Position numbers and translations under genes: made by a program. DNA of 64,000 bases from positions 2,368,001 through 2,432,000 of the forward strand of contig OY762428.1 of NCBI GenBank assembly GCA_963665665.1. The letters run 5' to 3'. The DNA is from Candidatus Kapaibacterium sp. Lineage in GTDB: Bacteria; Bacteroidota; Ignavibacteria; Kapaibacteriales; UBA2268. The notes beneath the pieces were generated by a model. The model saw only the letters and a list, made by a program, of their open reading frames with translations, was not told the DNA's origin and did no database searches. Shown one piece after another: positions 10,294 to 21,400 of the stretch (the first letter of the stretch is position 1; every line of letters starts with the position of its first letter).

Positions 10294-11652
10294 TTAGTTT
10301 ACTATTAAATTAATATCTAATTCCGAGTAAAGATAAACCGCAACGGCAATTGCCGCAACGCATCTGTTGAAGTCGTTCCTGTCAACCTTGTCCGGAGTAT
10401 CCAGCGCTGAATGGTGGTACTCAAAGTATTCGCCCTGGTCGTCGGTATTCAGGCTCATTGCCGGTACGCCCTGTTTCATTAGCGGCCTGATATCCACACC
10501 ACCGCCACCGTCTTTTACTATTATCCTGTCGTCAATTGTTTTCAGAATATCTTCAAAAGTCCTGACGATGGTAAAGAGTGAATCCGGCCCCTTGTATTTA
10601 ATTTCCTGTGGAGGAAAAACCCCGCTGTCAAATTCAAACGCCAGGGCATGTTTTTCATCTTTATGGTTTTCAGCATATTTTCTACCGCCGCGCAGGCCGT
10701 TTTCCTCGTTAGCCCACATCACGCAGCGAAGTGTTCTTTTCGGTTTTATCCCGAGATCCTTCATGGCTTTTATTACCTGCCATGCTGATATACATCCGCT
10801 TGCGTCGTCGTGTGCGCCGCTTCCCACATCCCAGGAATCGATATGCCCGCCAAGAGCGATTATCTCGTCGGGTTTTTCGCTGCCGCGAATTTCCGCTATA
10901 ATATTGGATGATTCAAAATCAGGCATTGTTTCAGCTTCCATGTATATTTTCAGAACAGGTGTTATACCCCGCGTCTGCATTCTTGCCAGGAACTGTGAAT
11001 CTTCCTCAGGTATGGCGCAGTGCGGGATTTTTTTAACGGTATCCGAATAGAACATCACGCCAGTGTGCGGATGCCTGTGAGAATTTGGCGACGTCGAGCG
11101 GGTAAGGCTGGCCACAGCTCCGTGCTGCGCTGCGCGGAAAGCTCCGTAGAAACGATATTGAACAGCCTGCCCGTAATTTTTCCAGGGAATATTATAAAGA
11201 ACGATTTTTCCTTTTGCCTGTTCGGATTTTTCCTCAAGCTCGTCGAAACTGCTTACAACAAGTACGGGTGCAGTAATTCCTTCGGGAGGAGTGGCAATTG
11301 AACCGCCTAGAGACAGCATTGGGATATTCTCCGTCCGGGGTTTAATCATCCGGCAGTATTCATTCCCGCGCACCCAGTGGGGAACCATAACCGGCTCCTT
11401 GTAGGAGGAATCGAAATCATCTTTTTTCATTTCTTCAATTATCCAGTCAAGGGCATTTTCCAGATTTTGCGAACCGCTCAGGCGCGGCCCGAACATATCG
11501 CACATATAAACCATCCGGTTATAGGCAACAGTATCTTTTACCAAATAATCTATCAGCCTGTTCACGTTCCTTTGCGTTTCAGTGCTGATATGCTGCTGAG
11601 TAAATGCAGTTGAGGCGGTAAAAAATAATATTATAGTAATAAATTTTCTCAT
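10294..11652 (-). CDS. M28 family metallopeptidase (carboxypeptidase Q-like) with PA domain
   Basis: Signal peptide; FGPRLSGS, GGHIDSWD, GAHDD, ANEENG and YHHSALD zinc-ligand motifs. Confidence 0.9.
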   Translation of the reverse strand: MRKFITIILFFTASTAFTQQHISTETQRNVNRLIDYLVKDTVAYNRMVYMCDMFGPRLSGSQNLENALDWIIEEMKKDDFDSSYKEPVMVPHWVRGNEYCRMIKPRTENIPMLSLGGSIATPPEGITAPVLVVSSFDELEEKSEQAKGKIVLYNIPWKNYGQAVQYRFYGAFRAAQHGAVASLTRSTSPNSHRHPHTGVMFYSDTVKKIPHCAIPEEDSQFLARMQTRGITPVLKIYMEAETMPDFESSNIIAEIRGSEKPDEIIALGGHIDSWDVGSGAHDDASGCISAWQVIKAMKDLGIKPKRTLRCVMWANEENGLRGGRKYAENHKDEKHALAFEFDSGVFPPQEIKYKGPDSLFTIVRTFEDILKTIDDRIIVKDGGGGVDIRPLMKQGVPAMSLNTDDQGEYFEYHHSALDTPDKVDRNDFNRCVAAIAVAVYLYSELDINLIVN

Positions 11653-11718
11653 AAATCAACTCCCGTATAAACAATCAGTCAGGAGACAGGGGGTAAAAAT
11701 CGATATAAAAATACTGAA

Positions 11719-11851
11719 ATTCCCCTCCGGCGGAGGGGTGCCCGAAGGGCCCCGATAAATCGGGGCAAGCCGGAGTGGCGAAAAAATGTGATTGTAAATA
11801 AATCCAAAAATGAAGAAACCACCCCTTTAATCCCATCCAATGGAGGGGAAT
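11719..11851. repeat. REP/MITE-like multi-hairpin element
   Basis: Perfect 10-bp terminal IR ATTCCCCTCC/GGAGGGGAAT with internal hairpins CCCCTCC-ggc-GGAGGGG, GCCC-gaa-GGGC and GCCCCGAT-aa-ATCGGGGC; GC-rich patch in an AT-rich spacer. Confidence 0.6.
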
Positions 11852-11861
11852 ATCATTCAAT

Positions 11862-13331
11862 CTACTTCGCAATAATCAGGAAGGCCGTTCGGCGGTTCTT
11901 CGCCCTGCCCTCCTCGGTTTCATTATTTGCTACAGGTTGCGACATACCAAAGCCTCGGGATCTGAGCCTTACAGGTTCGATTCCCCTTTGTATTAACGCA
12001 GTGCGAACAGCATTGGCCCTGTCTTCCGAAAGTTTCTGGTTGTATTCCACTTTGTTTGCAAGCGGTCCGATATTATCAGTATGCCCCTGTATTTCTATCC
12101 TTAATTTGGGATAAGCCAGCATTATATCGGCAATTCCATCCAGGATATAATAGGATTCAGGCCTGATAGCAGCGCTGTCAAATTCAAACAGGATAGGTTT
12201 TTCGAATGCCTTGCCGATGCTGTCCCAGGGTACAAGGTCGCTTGTGTCATATTCGCCGATTCCTATCAATGAATCTGCTCTGCCCGGCGCCATGAGTTCG
12301 GAAAAGACTGTGTGAAAACCATAGTAAAGCGGAGCCTTGTAGGTTATATAATAATAATAACGAAGGCTCATGTATATATCCCGGAATATTGCTATCAGTT
12401 CTTTCTTTGAATATGCTTTATAAAATTTACCCCCGGTATATTTTGCCAGATACCTGAGATTCTCATCCTTTGAATATCCAAATGCAACGCAAAAAACATT
12501 GATCTTGTTTGCTTTTGCTTTTTCGATCAGGTCGCCTATCTTCGTTTTCGAGTAATTGTCGTCCCCGTCGGTAAATAATACAAGTACCCTCGGGTCTTCC
12601 TTAGGTGTTGTTATCAATGTATCAATACACTGGTTCATGGCATCCCAGCAAGCCGAGAAAAGCCCGAAGCCTTTAGTTCTTTTTTTTCTGTAAAGGTTCA
12701 ATATTTTTTTCTTTTCGTTCAGAAGGGGCACTTTTACGTCAAGTTCCTTATTAAAAGAAGTCAGGGCAATATTGTCGTAGGGGAATTTCATACCCACAAA
12801 AAGCTCAGTGCCCATGTAAATAGCGTCCATCACGGCGCTCATCGAGCCGCTGTAATCAACCGTCATTACAATATTATAAGGAATTGAATCATTAGCGCCG
12901 TATTCGCGTACATTGAACTGCTCAATATTTTCATCGCGCACGTTATAATGTTTGCCAAGCCTTTCGTCGATACGGGTGAAGTATGTATTGCTGTCTCCCT
13001 CTTTTTTATAGGGATCAGCCATATTGGTAACGAAGTTTCCGGATGAATCATACACCCTGGCATATACCTTCAGGTTTTCCGGGTACTCATCAGTTTCGAT
13101 ACGCCAGATGTCATAGATCAGTTTGTTTACATCGATAGAATCGATTGGTTTGGTGTCGGTAATATAGATTTTCTTTTCCGTGGAATCCAGAATATCATCA
13201 ATATCTTCGTCGTAAACCTCGCGCATCAGGGCGAAACCTGTTTTCCGCGACGATCCGCATGATTCCAGAAAAATAGATATAAATAAGGAACTTAGCAGAA
13301 ATACTGCTATAAAAATTGACTGCTTTTTCAT
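11862..13331 (-). CDS. VWA + OmpA-C domain protein (probable lipoprotein)
   Basis: Signal with LESC; MIDAS motif DYSGSM and FTDG; C-terminal OmpA motifs IQGHTD, NQKLSEDRANAV, GFG, NRRT. Confidence 0.85.
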   Translation of the reverse strand: MKKQSIFIAVFLLSSLFISIFLESCGSSRKTGFALMREVYDEDIDDILDSTEKKIYITDTKPIDSIDVNKLIYDIWRIETDEYPENLKVYARVYDSSGNFVTNMADPYKKEGDSNTYFTRIDERLGKHYNVRDENIEQFNVREYGANDSIPYNIVMTVDYSGSMSAVMDAIYMGTELFVGMKFPYDNIALTSFNKELDVKVPLLNEKKKILNLYRKKRTKGFGLFSACWDAMNQCIDTLITTPKEDPRVLVLFTDGDDNYSKTKIGDLIEKAKANKINVFCVAFGYSKDENLRYLAKYTGGKFYKAYSKKELIAIFRDIYMSLRYYYYITYKAPLYYGFHTVFSELMAPGRADSLIGIGEYDTSDLVPWDSIGKAFEKPILFEFDSAAIRPESYYILDGIADIMLAYPKLRIEIQGHTDNIGPLANKVEYNQKLSEDRANAVRTALIQRGIEPVRLRSRGFGMSQPVANNETEEGRAKNRRTAFLIIAK

Positions 13332-13533
13332 AATCTTACCGCTTATTTCTTCCTGTTCAACAAATAAGTAAAAAATGCCAATAAGCGATTTCCATAGTTA
13401 TACAAACAAGTCAGCAAGCTACAAACAATATTCCAAAAAAGCAATCATATTAATCATTTCGCAGGATTTTTTTCCTTTTCCCTCATTGGGACGAATAAAT
13501 TTACACTTGAGTTTGAATTTGTTTTTTTATCAA

Positions 13534-14916
13534 CTACTTTGCCAATACCACTTTGCCGAACTTATAAAAACGTCCTACTGCAAGGCTGTAAAGGTATTCT
13601 CCCGATGGCAGGAACGACAGGTCTTCGTTAATAATATACGTGCCGGCATTTAGAATTCCGGAATCTATTTCTTTAATTATCCGCCCTTCTAAGTCGTACA
13701 GGCTTATTACAACCCGGTCGGCAGATTCTATTGTTACTTCAAAGTTTACATTTCCGTGGCTCGGGTTGGGATAATTCTTAACGCTGAACGCCCTTCCTTC
13801 AAGTACGCTGCTTGGCTCGGGTATATATTTGTAAATATTTCCAAGGTCTCTTGATATTCCCAAAACACAGTTTTGAGAATGCATGGCAAAATCTTCGAAA
13901 TAGTCTTCAATTAGCTTACCAGTATATGCGGAATCTCTTTTCCAATTTTGGCCTCCGTCGCTTGTACGGAACATGTAATACCAGTATCCAAGGGCTATTC
14001 CGTTATTAATATCCGTGAAATGTACGTCAATAAGCCCGTCCTGCTGTGGCGTAATCGTATCGAGTTGAACCTCCCAGTTATACCCTCCGTCAGTGGTATG
14101 CATTATCTTTACAACTTCCACATCGTTTGAAACGCTTGGCCGGCCAACCGCCCACCCGTTCAGGCTGTCAATAAAGCAGATTGTGCACATTCTTTCACTG
14201 AATGTATATCTTCTTTCCCAGTTTTTTCCCTGGTCTGTTGTTGTTAGAATATAGTTCTCAAGGCTATTTGTAAGACCAATTGTAAATATAGCGTTTTCAT
14301 TTAGAATTTGCACATACTCATAAATTGCAAAATCTGAAGTGTCATTATTTATTAATTTTTGCCAGCTATCACAACCGTCCGTAGTTAAATATAAATCTCT
14401 CCAGGTTGATATTACGCCGGTTTTTTCATCAAAAAATTTAACCTGCATTAATTTGTCATTTATCCCGTTTAAATTTCGTCTTTCCCAATTCCGGCATTTG
14501 TCTTTTGATATCCAGTAGTAGCCTTCTTCGCAAACTACTACGCAAAGCCCCGGGCCGGGGTATGAAATACCCTTTGCCTGCGTTGGCCTGTACAATATAT
14601 TGACTCCGCCAGTGCCCCATTTCCAAACAAGAGAGTCATTCAGAGCAACTGACCATGTATTTCCGCCGTCGGTTGTTATCCTTACAAGGGGTTCCTTAAT
14701 ATTTACATTCATCAATGCCGCGTAATTCAGGCTGTCATAAGTATCAATTTGCACATACCTTTTTGCAAAGCTATCGATTTCATTTGAACCTAACCTGGTT
14801 CTTAAAGCATCGTAATGATCAATTTTTTCCCAAGTTTGGGAATAGGCCATTGTATGAAACAGGAATAGAATAAGTGAGATTAGTAAATAATTGGAAAACC
14901 GCAATATAATTCTCAT
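13534..14916 (-). CDS. YCF48/BNR-repeat beta-propeller protein with T9SS CTD
   Basis: Signal peptide; repeated TTDGG.TW Asp-boxes; NYPNPS...LYDLEGR...LPSGEYLY CTD; GGAG RBS. Confidence 0.82.
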   Translation of the reverse strand: MRIILRFSNYLLISLILFLFHTMAYSQTWEKIDHYDALRTRLGSNEIDSFAKRYVQIDTYDSLNYAALMNVNIKEPLVRITTDGGNTWSVALNDSLVWKWGTGGVNILYRPTQAKGISYPGPGLCVVVCEEGYYWISKDKCRNWERRNLNGINDKLMQVKFFDEKTGVISTWRDLYLTTDGCDSWQKLINNDTSDFAIYEYVQILNENAIFTIGLTNSLENYILTTTDQGKNWERRYTFSERMCTICFIDSLNGWAVGRPSVSNDVEVVKIMHTTDGGYNWEVQLDTITPQQDGLIDVHFTDINNGIALGYWYYMFRTSDGGQNWKRDSAYTGKLIEDYFEDFAMHSQNCVLGISRDLGNIYKYIPEPSSVLEGRAFSVKNYPNPSHGNVNFEVTIESADRVVISLYDLEGRIIKEIDSGILNAGTYIINEDLSFLPSGEYLYSLAVGRFYKFGKVVLAK

Positions 14917-15085
14917 AGTTCCTCCGGGGTGACTATTGATTCAAAGTAGTATCTGAATGAATAATTTAAGAAACATCATTAATTATTCCAAATATATTTT
15001 TTAGATATGTATATCTTTTAGCGCCTCAGGGTAATGTGCGGAAAATGCTTTGAAAATATCATTCCCCGGCTGTTTGGGGCAGGCT

Positions 15086-15165
15086 TCCTGAGCTTGCGAC
15101 TGAAGAATCCATCTTTCTTAGGAGACGATATTTAAGAATGGATCCTTCACTTCGTTCAGGATGAC
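15086..15165. repeat. REP-like hairpin related to the one at 9642-9712
   Basis: TCCTGAG..TGAAGAATCCAT / ATGGATCCTTCA..TCAGGATGAC imperfect inverted repeat. Confidence 0.55.
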
Positions 15166-15222
15166 ATTCATAAGTATTTTTAAAAATTATTCAACAGATT
15201 TGTTTTTTAAAGCCAAATAATA

Positions 15223-15357
15223 TATCAACTACTTTGCCAATACCACTTTGCCGAACTTATAAAAACGTCCTGTTGCAAGGCTGTAAAGGTATTCTCCCGA
15301 TGGCAGGAACGACAGGTCTTCGTTGATAATATACGTGCCGGCATTTAGAATTCCGGA
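15223..15357 (-). pseudogene. 135-bp orphan copy of the 3' end (T9SS CTD) of the 13534-14916 gene
   Basis: Identical to 13528-13662 apart from 3 transitions; includes the stop codon; no attached upstream ORF. Confidence 0.85.
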
Positions 15358-15399
15358 TAATACTTTTATCGGAATAAAATTCAATTGGCCCAAATAAAG

Positions 15400-15437
15400 A
15401 AACTCTCTCTCTGGTTGAAACCCAAGAGAGAGAGTTT
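15400..15437 (-). terminator. Probable terminator hairpin downstream of the 2156-aa gene
   Basis: AAACTCTCTCTCT ... AGAGAGAGAGTTT 13-bp stem. Confidence 0.65.
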
Positions 15438-15482
15438 ATTATAAAAAACGGACGCTATGATTTTATACATACAAATCAAAAT

Positions 15483-18400
15483 CTACCATTTAATTATCCT
15501 GTTGAAGGATTGTCCTTTGCCGGTTCTCAGAATAAGGATATAATTTCCGGAACTAACCGCTGCGCCATTAGGATATGTGCCATTCCAGACAAATTCATGT
15601 CTTCCTTCGGTCAGCCATTTATCAGCTATATGACTAACCAGATTACCCTTAATATCATATATTTCCATTTCCACTTTTATATCTTCGGGAACCGCAAGCT
15701 GAATCCTGACTGCTTCGTCCTTCTCGCTGGGATTCCTGACAATTGTAATTTCCGGCAGTATCTGCTCTTTATCAATAACTCCGACTTCGGCAAATTCCAT
15801 TTCGCTGTTGTATTTTTGCCCGATAATACCGACAATATAGCACAATGTATCACTCGAAGACCATTCCGCGAGAATGGGCTGGCCGGAATCGCCATGAACC
15901 CAACTTAGGAAATGTTCTTCAATTCCGCCTGCGGCGTTTTCTTTTGTATCGCTTACAATCCAAACCGAATTAACTCCGGCCGCGTTACTTATTCCTGATA
16001 CAGAAACAAACTGCCCGGCAAGAGCCTCGCCATTCGGGCTTATCCACTGAACTGCCAGCTCAACGCCCATGTTGCTATCCAGTGCGCTCTTCAGATAATC
16101 CCATGTCGGGTAGCCGCCGGCATTTCCGTCAACCTTCAGGCCATAATGCAGGTAGCGTCCATCCGGCGAGAAGATAGTATCGGGAGCAATTCCCGGAGTC
16201 TGATACTGAACCTCAAGCTTAATTTTGATACTATCAATATATTGCAGCTTGGCAGCAACAAGTTCTGACAGGCTTACCCCGCTATTCTCCGCCCTTCCGC
16301 TGAACCGGCTTGTCAGTTCAAGTGTCCTGCGCGGTTCTGTATCAAAGTTAAATTCTGTATGGGCTTCGTCGATAAACCTTACGGACGCCCCGACAGATGC
16401 AGGGCCTCCGGCGCCTTCGTCACCCGAGTATATTGCAGTATATTGAGGATCATCATCGGCACTGTTCAGGTCTGGCTGATACATCTGTATATCACGATAT
16501 ATAAAGTCGTAAGTATCAGGTTCCGAGAACTGTACAGCTATTGGGTTGGATACTTCTGCAAGCGCGGTTTCATCTAATCCGTCGGATATATAATAATCTG
16601 TTTCGCTAATAGGTATCGTTTCCCAGTCAACGCCGGTAATTTGCGATGTCCAGGGACTTTCAGTAACGAAGGTTGATATTTCAATTTCCTCGAGAGCCTG
16701 TATTTTTTCAATTTCCTTTTCCATCATTTCATAGTCGAACCAGTACAGGCATTCTTCATTATCAAAGTCCGGCATGATCAGTGCATTCTTCAATATCCAG
16801 AATTCGCTTGTGCCGTCGGGCTTCCTGGCAACAACATTTCCATACAGCGGGCTGCCACTTTCATTCGAAGAAGCTTCGAAAAGCACCGAACCCTTTCTGA
16901 CAGAAGCCAGTGTCATGGGTTTATCTACTTTATTTAAACTGACTTTTTTTATCTTCAGTTCTTTGGGTTTCGGCTTTTTATAGCTTTCGGAAACAATACT
17001 TTCAATTCTTCTGTTGCTGCTTCCCCAGCGTTTAAGAATAGGAATACCGGTGCTTGTTGTATCCCAATCAATAAATTCCTCGCCGGTTGTATCCCGTTCG
17101 GAATAAGCATAGCCGTAACCGGAAGAATCCTGCCGCAAATCGTCCTTTATCCACAGAGACCTTACTCCGCCAATGTCAATCATTCCGGTAACAGTTACCC
17201 AGTGGCCGCCTTTTCTTACCCCGGCAGTATCGTATTTGCCGTATTCCAGTTCAACGTCTTCGCCGTCTTTCATCTCCTGTTTCAGGAATTCCCATGTAGG
17301 CCAGGTGCTGTCGCCTGTATTTCTGTTGGAAGCTTTCAGTACATTGCCGCTGCTGTCGGTTACCTGAGGAATTTCTGATTTCTTCATCTTTTTAGTCTGG
17401 AACTTCACTTCAATGGGCAGATTGTATTTCTGGATAAATTTCAGCTTTCCTTTAATAAATTTACTTGTATAAACGCCTCTTTCATTTGCCCTGTCCATCA
17501 TTTCACTCAGCTCTGTAAGTTTTTTACGGTGAGTGATCTTAGAATCTATCTCGTCGTGAACTTTTTCAAGCCATTGCATACTGTTTGCAGCCGATGCAGG
17601 CCCACAGGCATTTTTGTCTCCGGCATAGCCTTCCGTATTAGCTGAATTATGAGAAGCAGAGTCAAGGTCGATATTTGGTACTTTACATCCACGGTAAAGG
17701 AAATCTTTCAAAGCAAGATCAACGTAATCAAGATCTGAAAGAGGTATCATTTTCACGGTATCTTTCTGTCCGTCCTGCAGGCTGCCTTCCTCGAAATTAA
17801 TTTTGAAAATATCTACGTGAGCTGTTTTCCAGATATCCTGTATTACAGGCTCGGTCCAATTTTCGTCGCCAACACTCATCTGGTATTCAATTTCTTCCAG
17901 CCTGTCTCCGGCTGCCAGCCCGAGTTTGCTAAGGTCAAATCCGTAAGAAACACGCCTGTAGTTATCAAAAGGAGGTGCCGGCATATTCCTGATTAGCCAG
18001 ACAGGTTCTTCATCTTCGTTTAGCCTTGCCACCACATTCACAAAGCCCATATCTTCGCTCGGATTGAATACCACTGAGAAATTGCCCGTATTCGTCAATC
18101 CGGCTCCGGGAAGCATACTATAATACTGCCCGAAGTCCTCCGTGCCTCTCTGCACCCTGTATTGTACAGTAGGATCGTAACTTTCTGATATAACAGAATG
18201 AACATACCTTACGCCACGGCCGTATCTCCTAATGTAAGGCCTGCCCCGGCTGTCGGTGCTCCATTCAAGAATTTCCTCTCCGCTTTCGTCAATATGCCTT
18301 CTCCTTGCCCTGCCAAGGCCCTCGCGTCTTTGTTTTGCATCGTCCTTAATCCATAATCTCTGCACTCCGCCCGTTGTGGCAACACCTGAAACAGTAACGG

Positions 18401-21400
18401 CATGCCCCCTGATTTTGCCATCGCTGCCACGCCATGCAAGCATCATTTCCACGTCCTCTCCGTGCTGCATCTCGCCAACAAGCCAGTCCCAGTCAGGGAA
18501 TTGCGAATCTTCATCGCGCTCGTTCCTGGCGCTGTGAGCGAAACCTCCGCCGTTTGTTGTATCGGGAGAGTTAATAACAGAATCAGGTGGAATTTCGAAG
18601 CTTTGGAATTTAACTTTTATCGGCAGCCTGTGTTTATCAATATAAGCCAGCTTGCCTTGTACGAAATTAACAATTGAAGATACTCCCTTGTTGGGCTCTC
18701 TTTTCATTAGTTTACTTAGTTCATATAACTTGCCGCGCAGCGAATCATCAATCGAAAATTCGTCATGGACTTCGTCTAACCAGTGCAGGCTGTTTGCTGC
18801 TGCTGCCGGAGCGCATGCATTTCTGTCGCCGGCATAGCCTTCCACATCATCGTCGCCGTATTCGCGGTCGTTAAGGTCGATATTATAAACATCACAGCCG
18901 CGATAAACAGTATCCCTTAGCGGATCGTCAGCGTCAAACACCAGTTCGGGAACATCCTCTGGCTCGGCGTTGAAATCGTCATTAAGGTTGATACCGCCGG
19001 GAATATCGAAATCAACGTCACCAACATCAACTTCTATCCATTTGTCAATTTGCTCAGGCTCCTCCCATGGATTAATAGTTATAGATGTTCCAATATGCAT
19101 TGACTCTACATCATCGCCTGCTGTAACCCCCAGCCTTGCAAGATCGACACCATAAGCCATTGAGTGCCTTCTCGGGAAGGGCATTATTGGCAGGTTGGGA
19201 ATCAGCCATACTGGTTCGTCAGATTCTTCAATTTTGGCAAACACCTGCAGGTATTTAAGCTCTTCCGACGGATTGAAAATTGCGCTGAAATAAGCTCCGG
19301 TCGTCAGATTTCCATCGTCGGGATCCAGCATATTCGTCTGGTTCATTTCTATACTTTCTTCATCCACAGAAAATTGAACGGTGGAATCATAACTTTCGGA
19401 AACAACATCCTCGACAACCCGAACATAAGTTTGCCCGGATGAATCAGCCCAGGGTTTGCCAAGTATTACCATTTGTCCGCGGCTGGTATTATAAGTATTC
19501 CATGCCATTTCCTCTTCTCGGGTATCGGTGTTTATGCTGTCATTAGCCCGTGACTGGTTGCGGTCGTGTTTGAATTTGATTTTATTTACTCCCCCGTCGT
19601 CGCCTGCGCCTGTAACGGCTACTTTATGGCCGCCGGTTCTTTCCAGGTCGAATCGGAATCCGTTTATTCCCCCGGCAGGTATGGTAAACTTATATGTACC
19701 AAAAGCAAGTTCGACGTCTTCATCGTCTTCCAGCTCTCCTTTTATCCAGTCCCATTCGGGATAAGCCCCGGCAGTATCGTTATGGCATTTAGCTTTCATA
19801 TTGAACGTACTGGATGGCGCTGTTATCTCAGTCGTATCGGTATAAAATATACCCTGGAACTTAACTTTTATCGGCAGCCGGTACTTTTCAATAAACTGCA
19901 TTTTCCCTTCAATGAAGTTTACCGGCAAAGTACCACTACTATCAGCCCTGCCCATCATACCACTGAGTTCGCGTAGTTTTTCCCTGGCCTCGTCCATTTC
20001 GTCCGTAAATTCGATCCCGTCATGATTTGCCTGGAGCCACTGCATACTGTTTGCAGCGGCGGCCGGGGCGCAGGCATTTTCATCCCCGGCGTAACCGTTC
20101 GTGTCCGGGCCGTTACGGGAATAATCAAGGTCGATATTTGTAAAAGTGCAGCCATGATTGATATCAACGGTTCTCGTGTATGAGCTGTCATATTCAGGAT
20201 TAAGTATTTCATCCCAGAGATCACGTATTTTCCTCGTTGTTGTATATGTACCGCTTGCATTTGTTAAAGTACCGCTGTTTATACTTCCGGTAATAAGATC
20301 TTCTGTTCCAAGTGGCCATGTAAACCACATATCATCAACCGGCATTGGTGTTACAAGGATATCATCAGTTACTGATATTTGAACTTCAATTTCTTCAAGA
20401 TCCCATGGCGCTGAAACATTAAGCGGCTCCAGGCTGAAATCAAAAGATTTGTAAACAGGAAAATCATAAGGATAGATTTTCATATTATCAACGATGAGCG
20501 AAACTGTTGTGCTGCCGGGTGCCCTGGCAAGTATGTTCACGAATTTTTCTTCATCAGTGGGAATTGCCACAGCGCTGAAGTTGGCATAAGTTGTTGTTAA
20601 TTCCTCCTCATTTTCATGTATCCTGACTTTATTGAATTTCATTGTTTTCTTGTTCATACTGAACTGAACATTGGAATTATAGCTTTCAGAGATCATGTCA
20701 GTTACAACACAAGCCCTGTTGCCTTTGGACCATTCATCAAGCAGAGGCAATTCACTGTCGCCAATAGTTCTCCATGTCAATCCATTTTGCTCTGTTCCCC
20801 CCTCGCCGTTCTGAACATCATCATCTTTTATCCATATCCGATTTACTCCGCTGATTTGCGAAACTCCGGTAACAGTAGCTACATGGGAGCCTTTATAAAC
20901 CCACCGGGTGCCGTCCCATTCATAATAATCCATTACCATTTCAACATCTTCCCCGTCTTTCATTTCATTGTAGAGCCATGACCAGCTAAGTGGATTCAAA
21001 TCCGTATCTGTTCTGCTTTGATTATCTGCGCTGTGGCCGTATTTATCATTCGGTGAATCAATATCGTTTGTCCTGCCGGTATATAGACTCTGGAATTTTA
21101 CACTAATCGGCAGTTTATGTTTATCAATAAAAGCCAGCTTTCCTTTTATAAAATCTTCTACAGAAACGCCGCTGTTGGGCTCGCGTCCCATCAAACCGCT
21201 TAATTCAACAAGTTTCCCCCTCAGATCCTTATCCGTAGCTATTTCCTCATGAACTTTTTCCAGCCAGTGCATGCTGTTTGCAGCGGCGGCGGGAGCACAG
21301 GCATTTTTATCGCCCGCGTAGCCTTCAGCTGAACCCGGAGGGTTGGCAGCCGAATCGAGGTCAATATTAGGTATGTTGCATCCACGGTAAATAATATAAT

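Noticed and set aside
10367-11050. 227-aa antisense ORF (likewise 9826-10254, 38131-38667, 42078-42698, 60110-60652, 62718-63254)
   Set aside because: Shadow frames opposite well-supported genes, with no motifs or RBS.
11675-11872. 65-aa ORF
   Set aside because: It is a translation of the REP/MITE-like element.
15223-15357. Diversity-generating retroelement TR/VR pair with 13528-13662
   Set aside because: Length and 3'-end position fit, but there are only 3 mismatches, they are not all at adenines of one copy on either strand, and there is no reverse transcriptase in the window.
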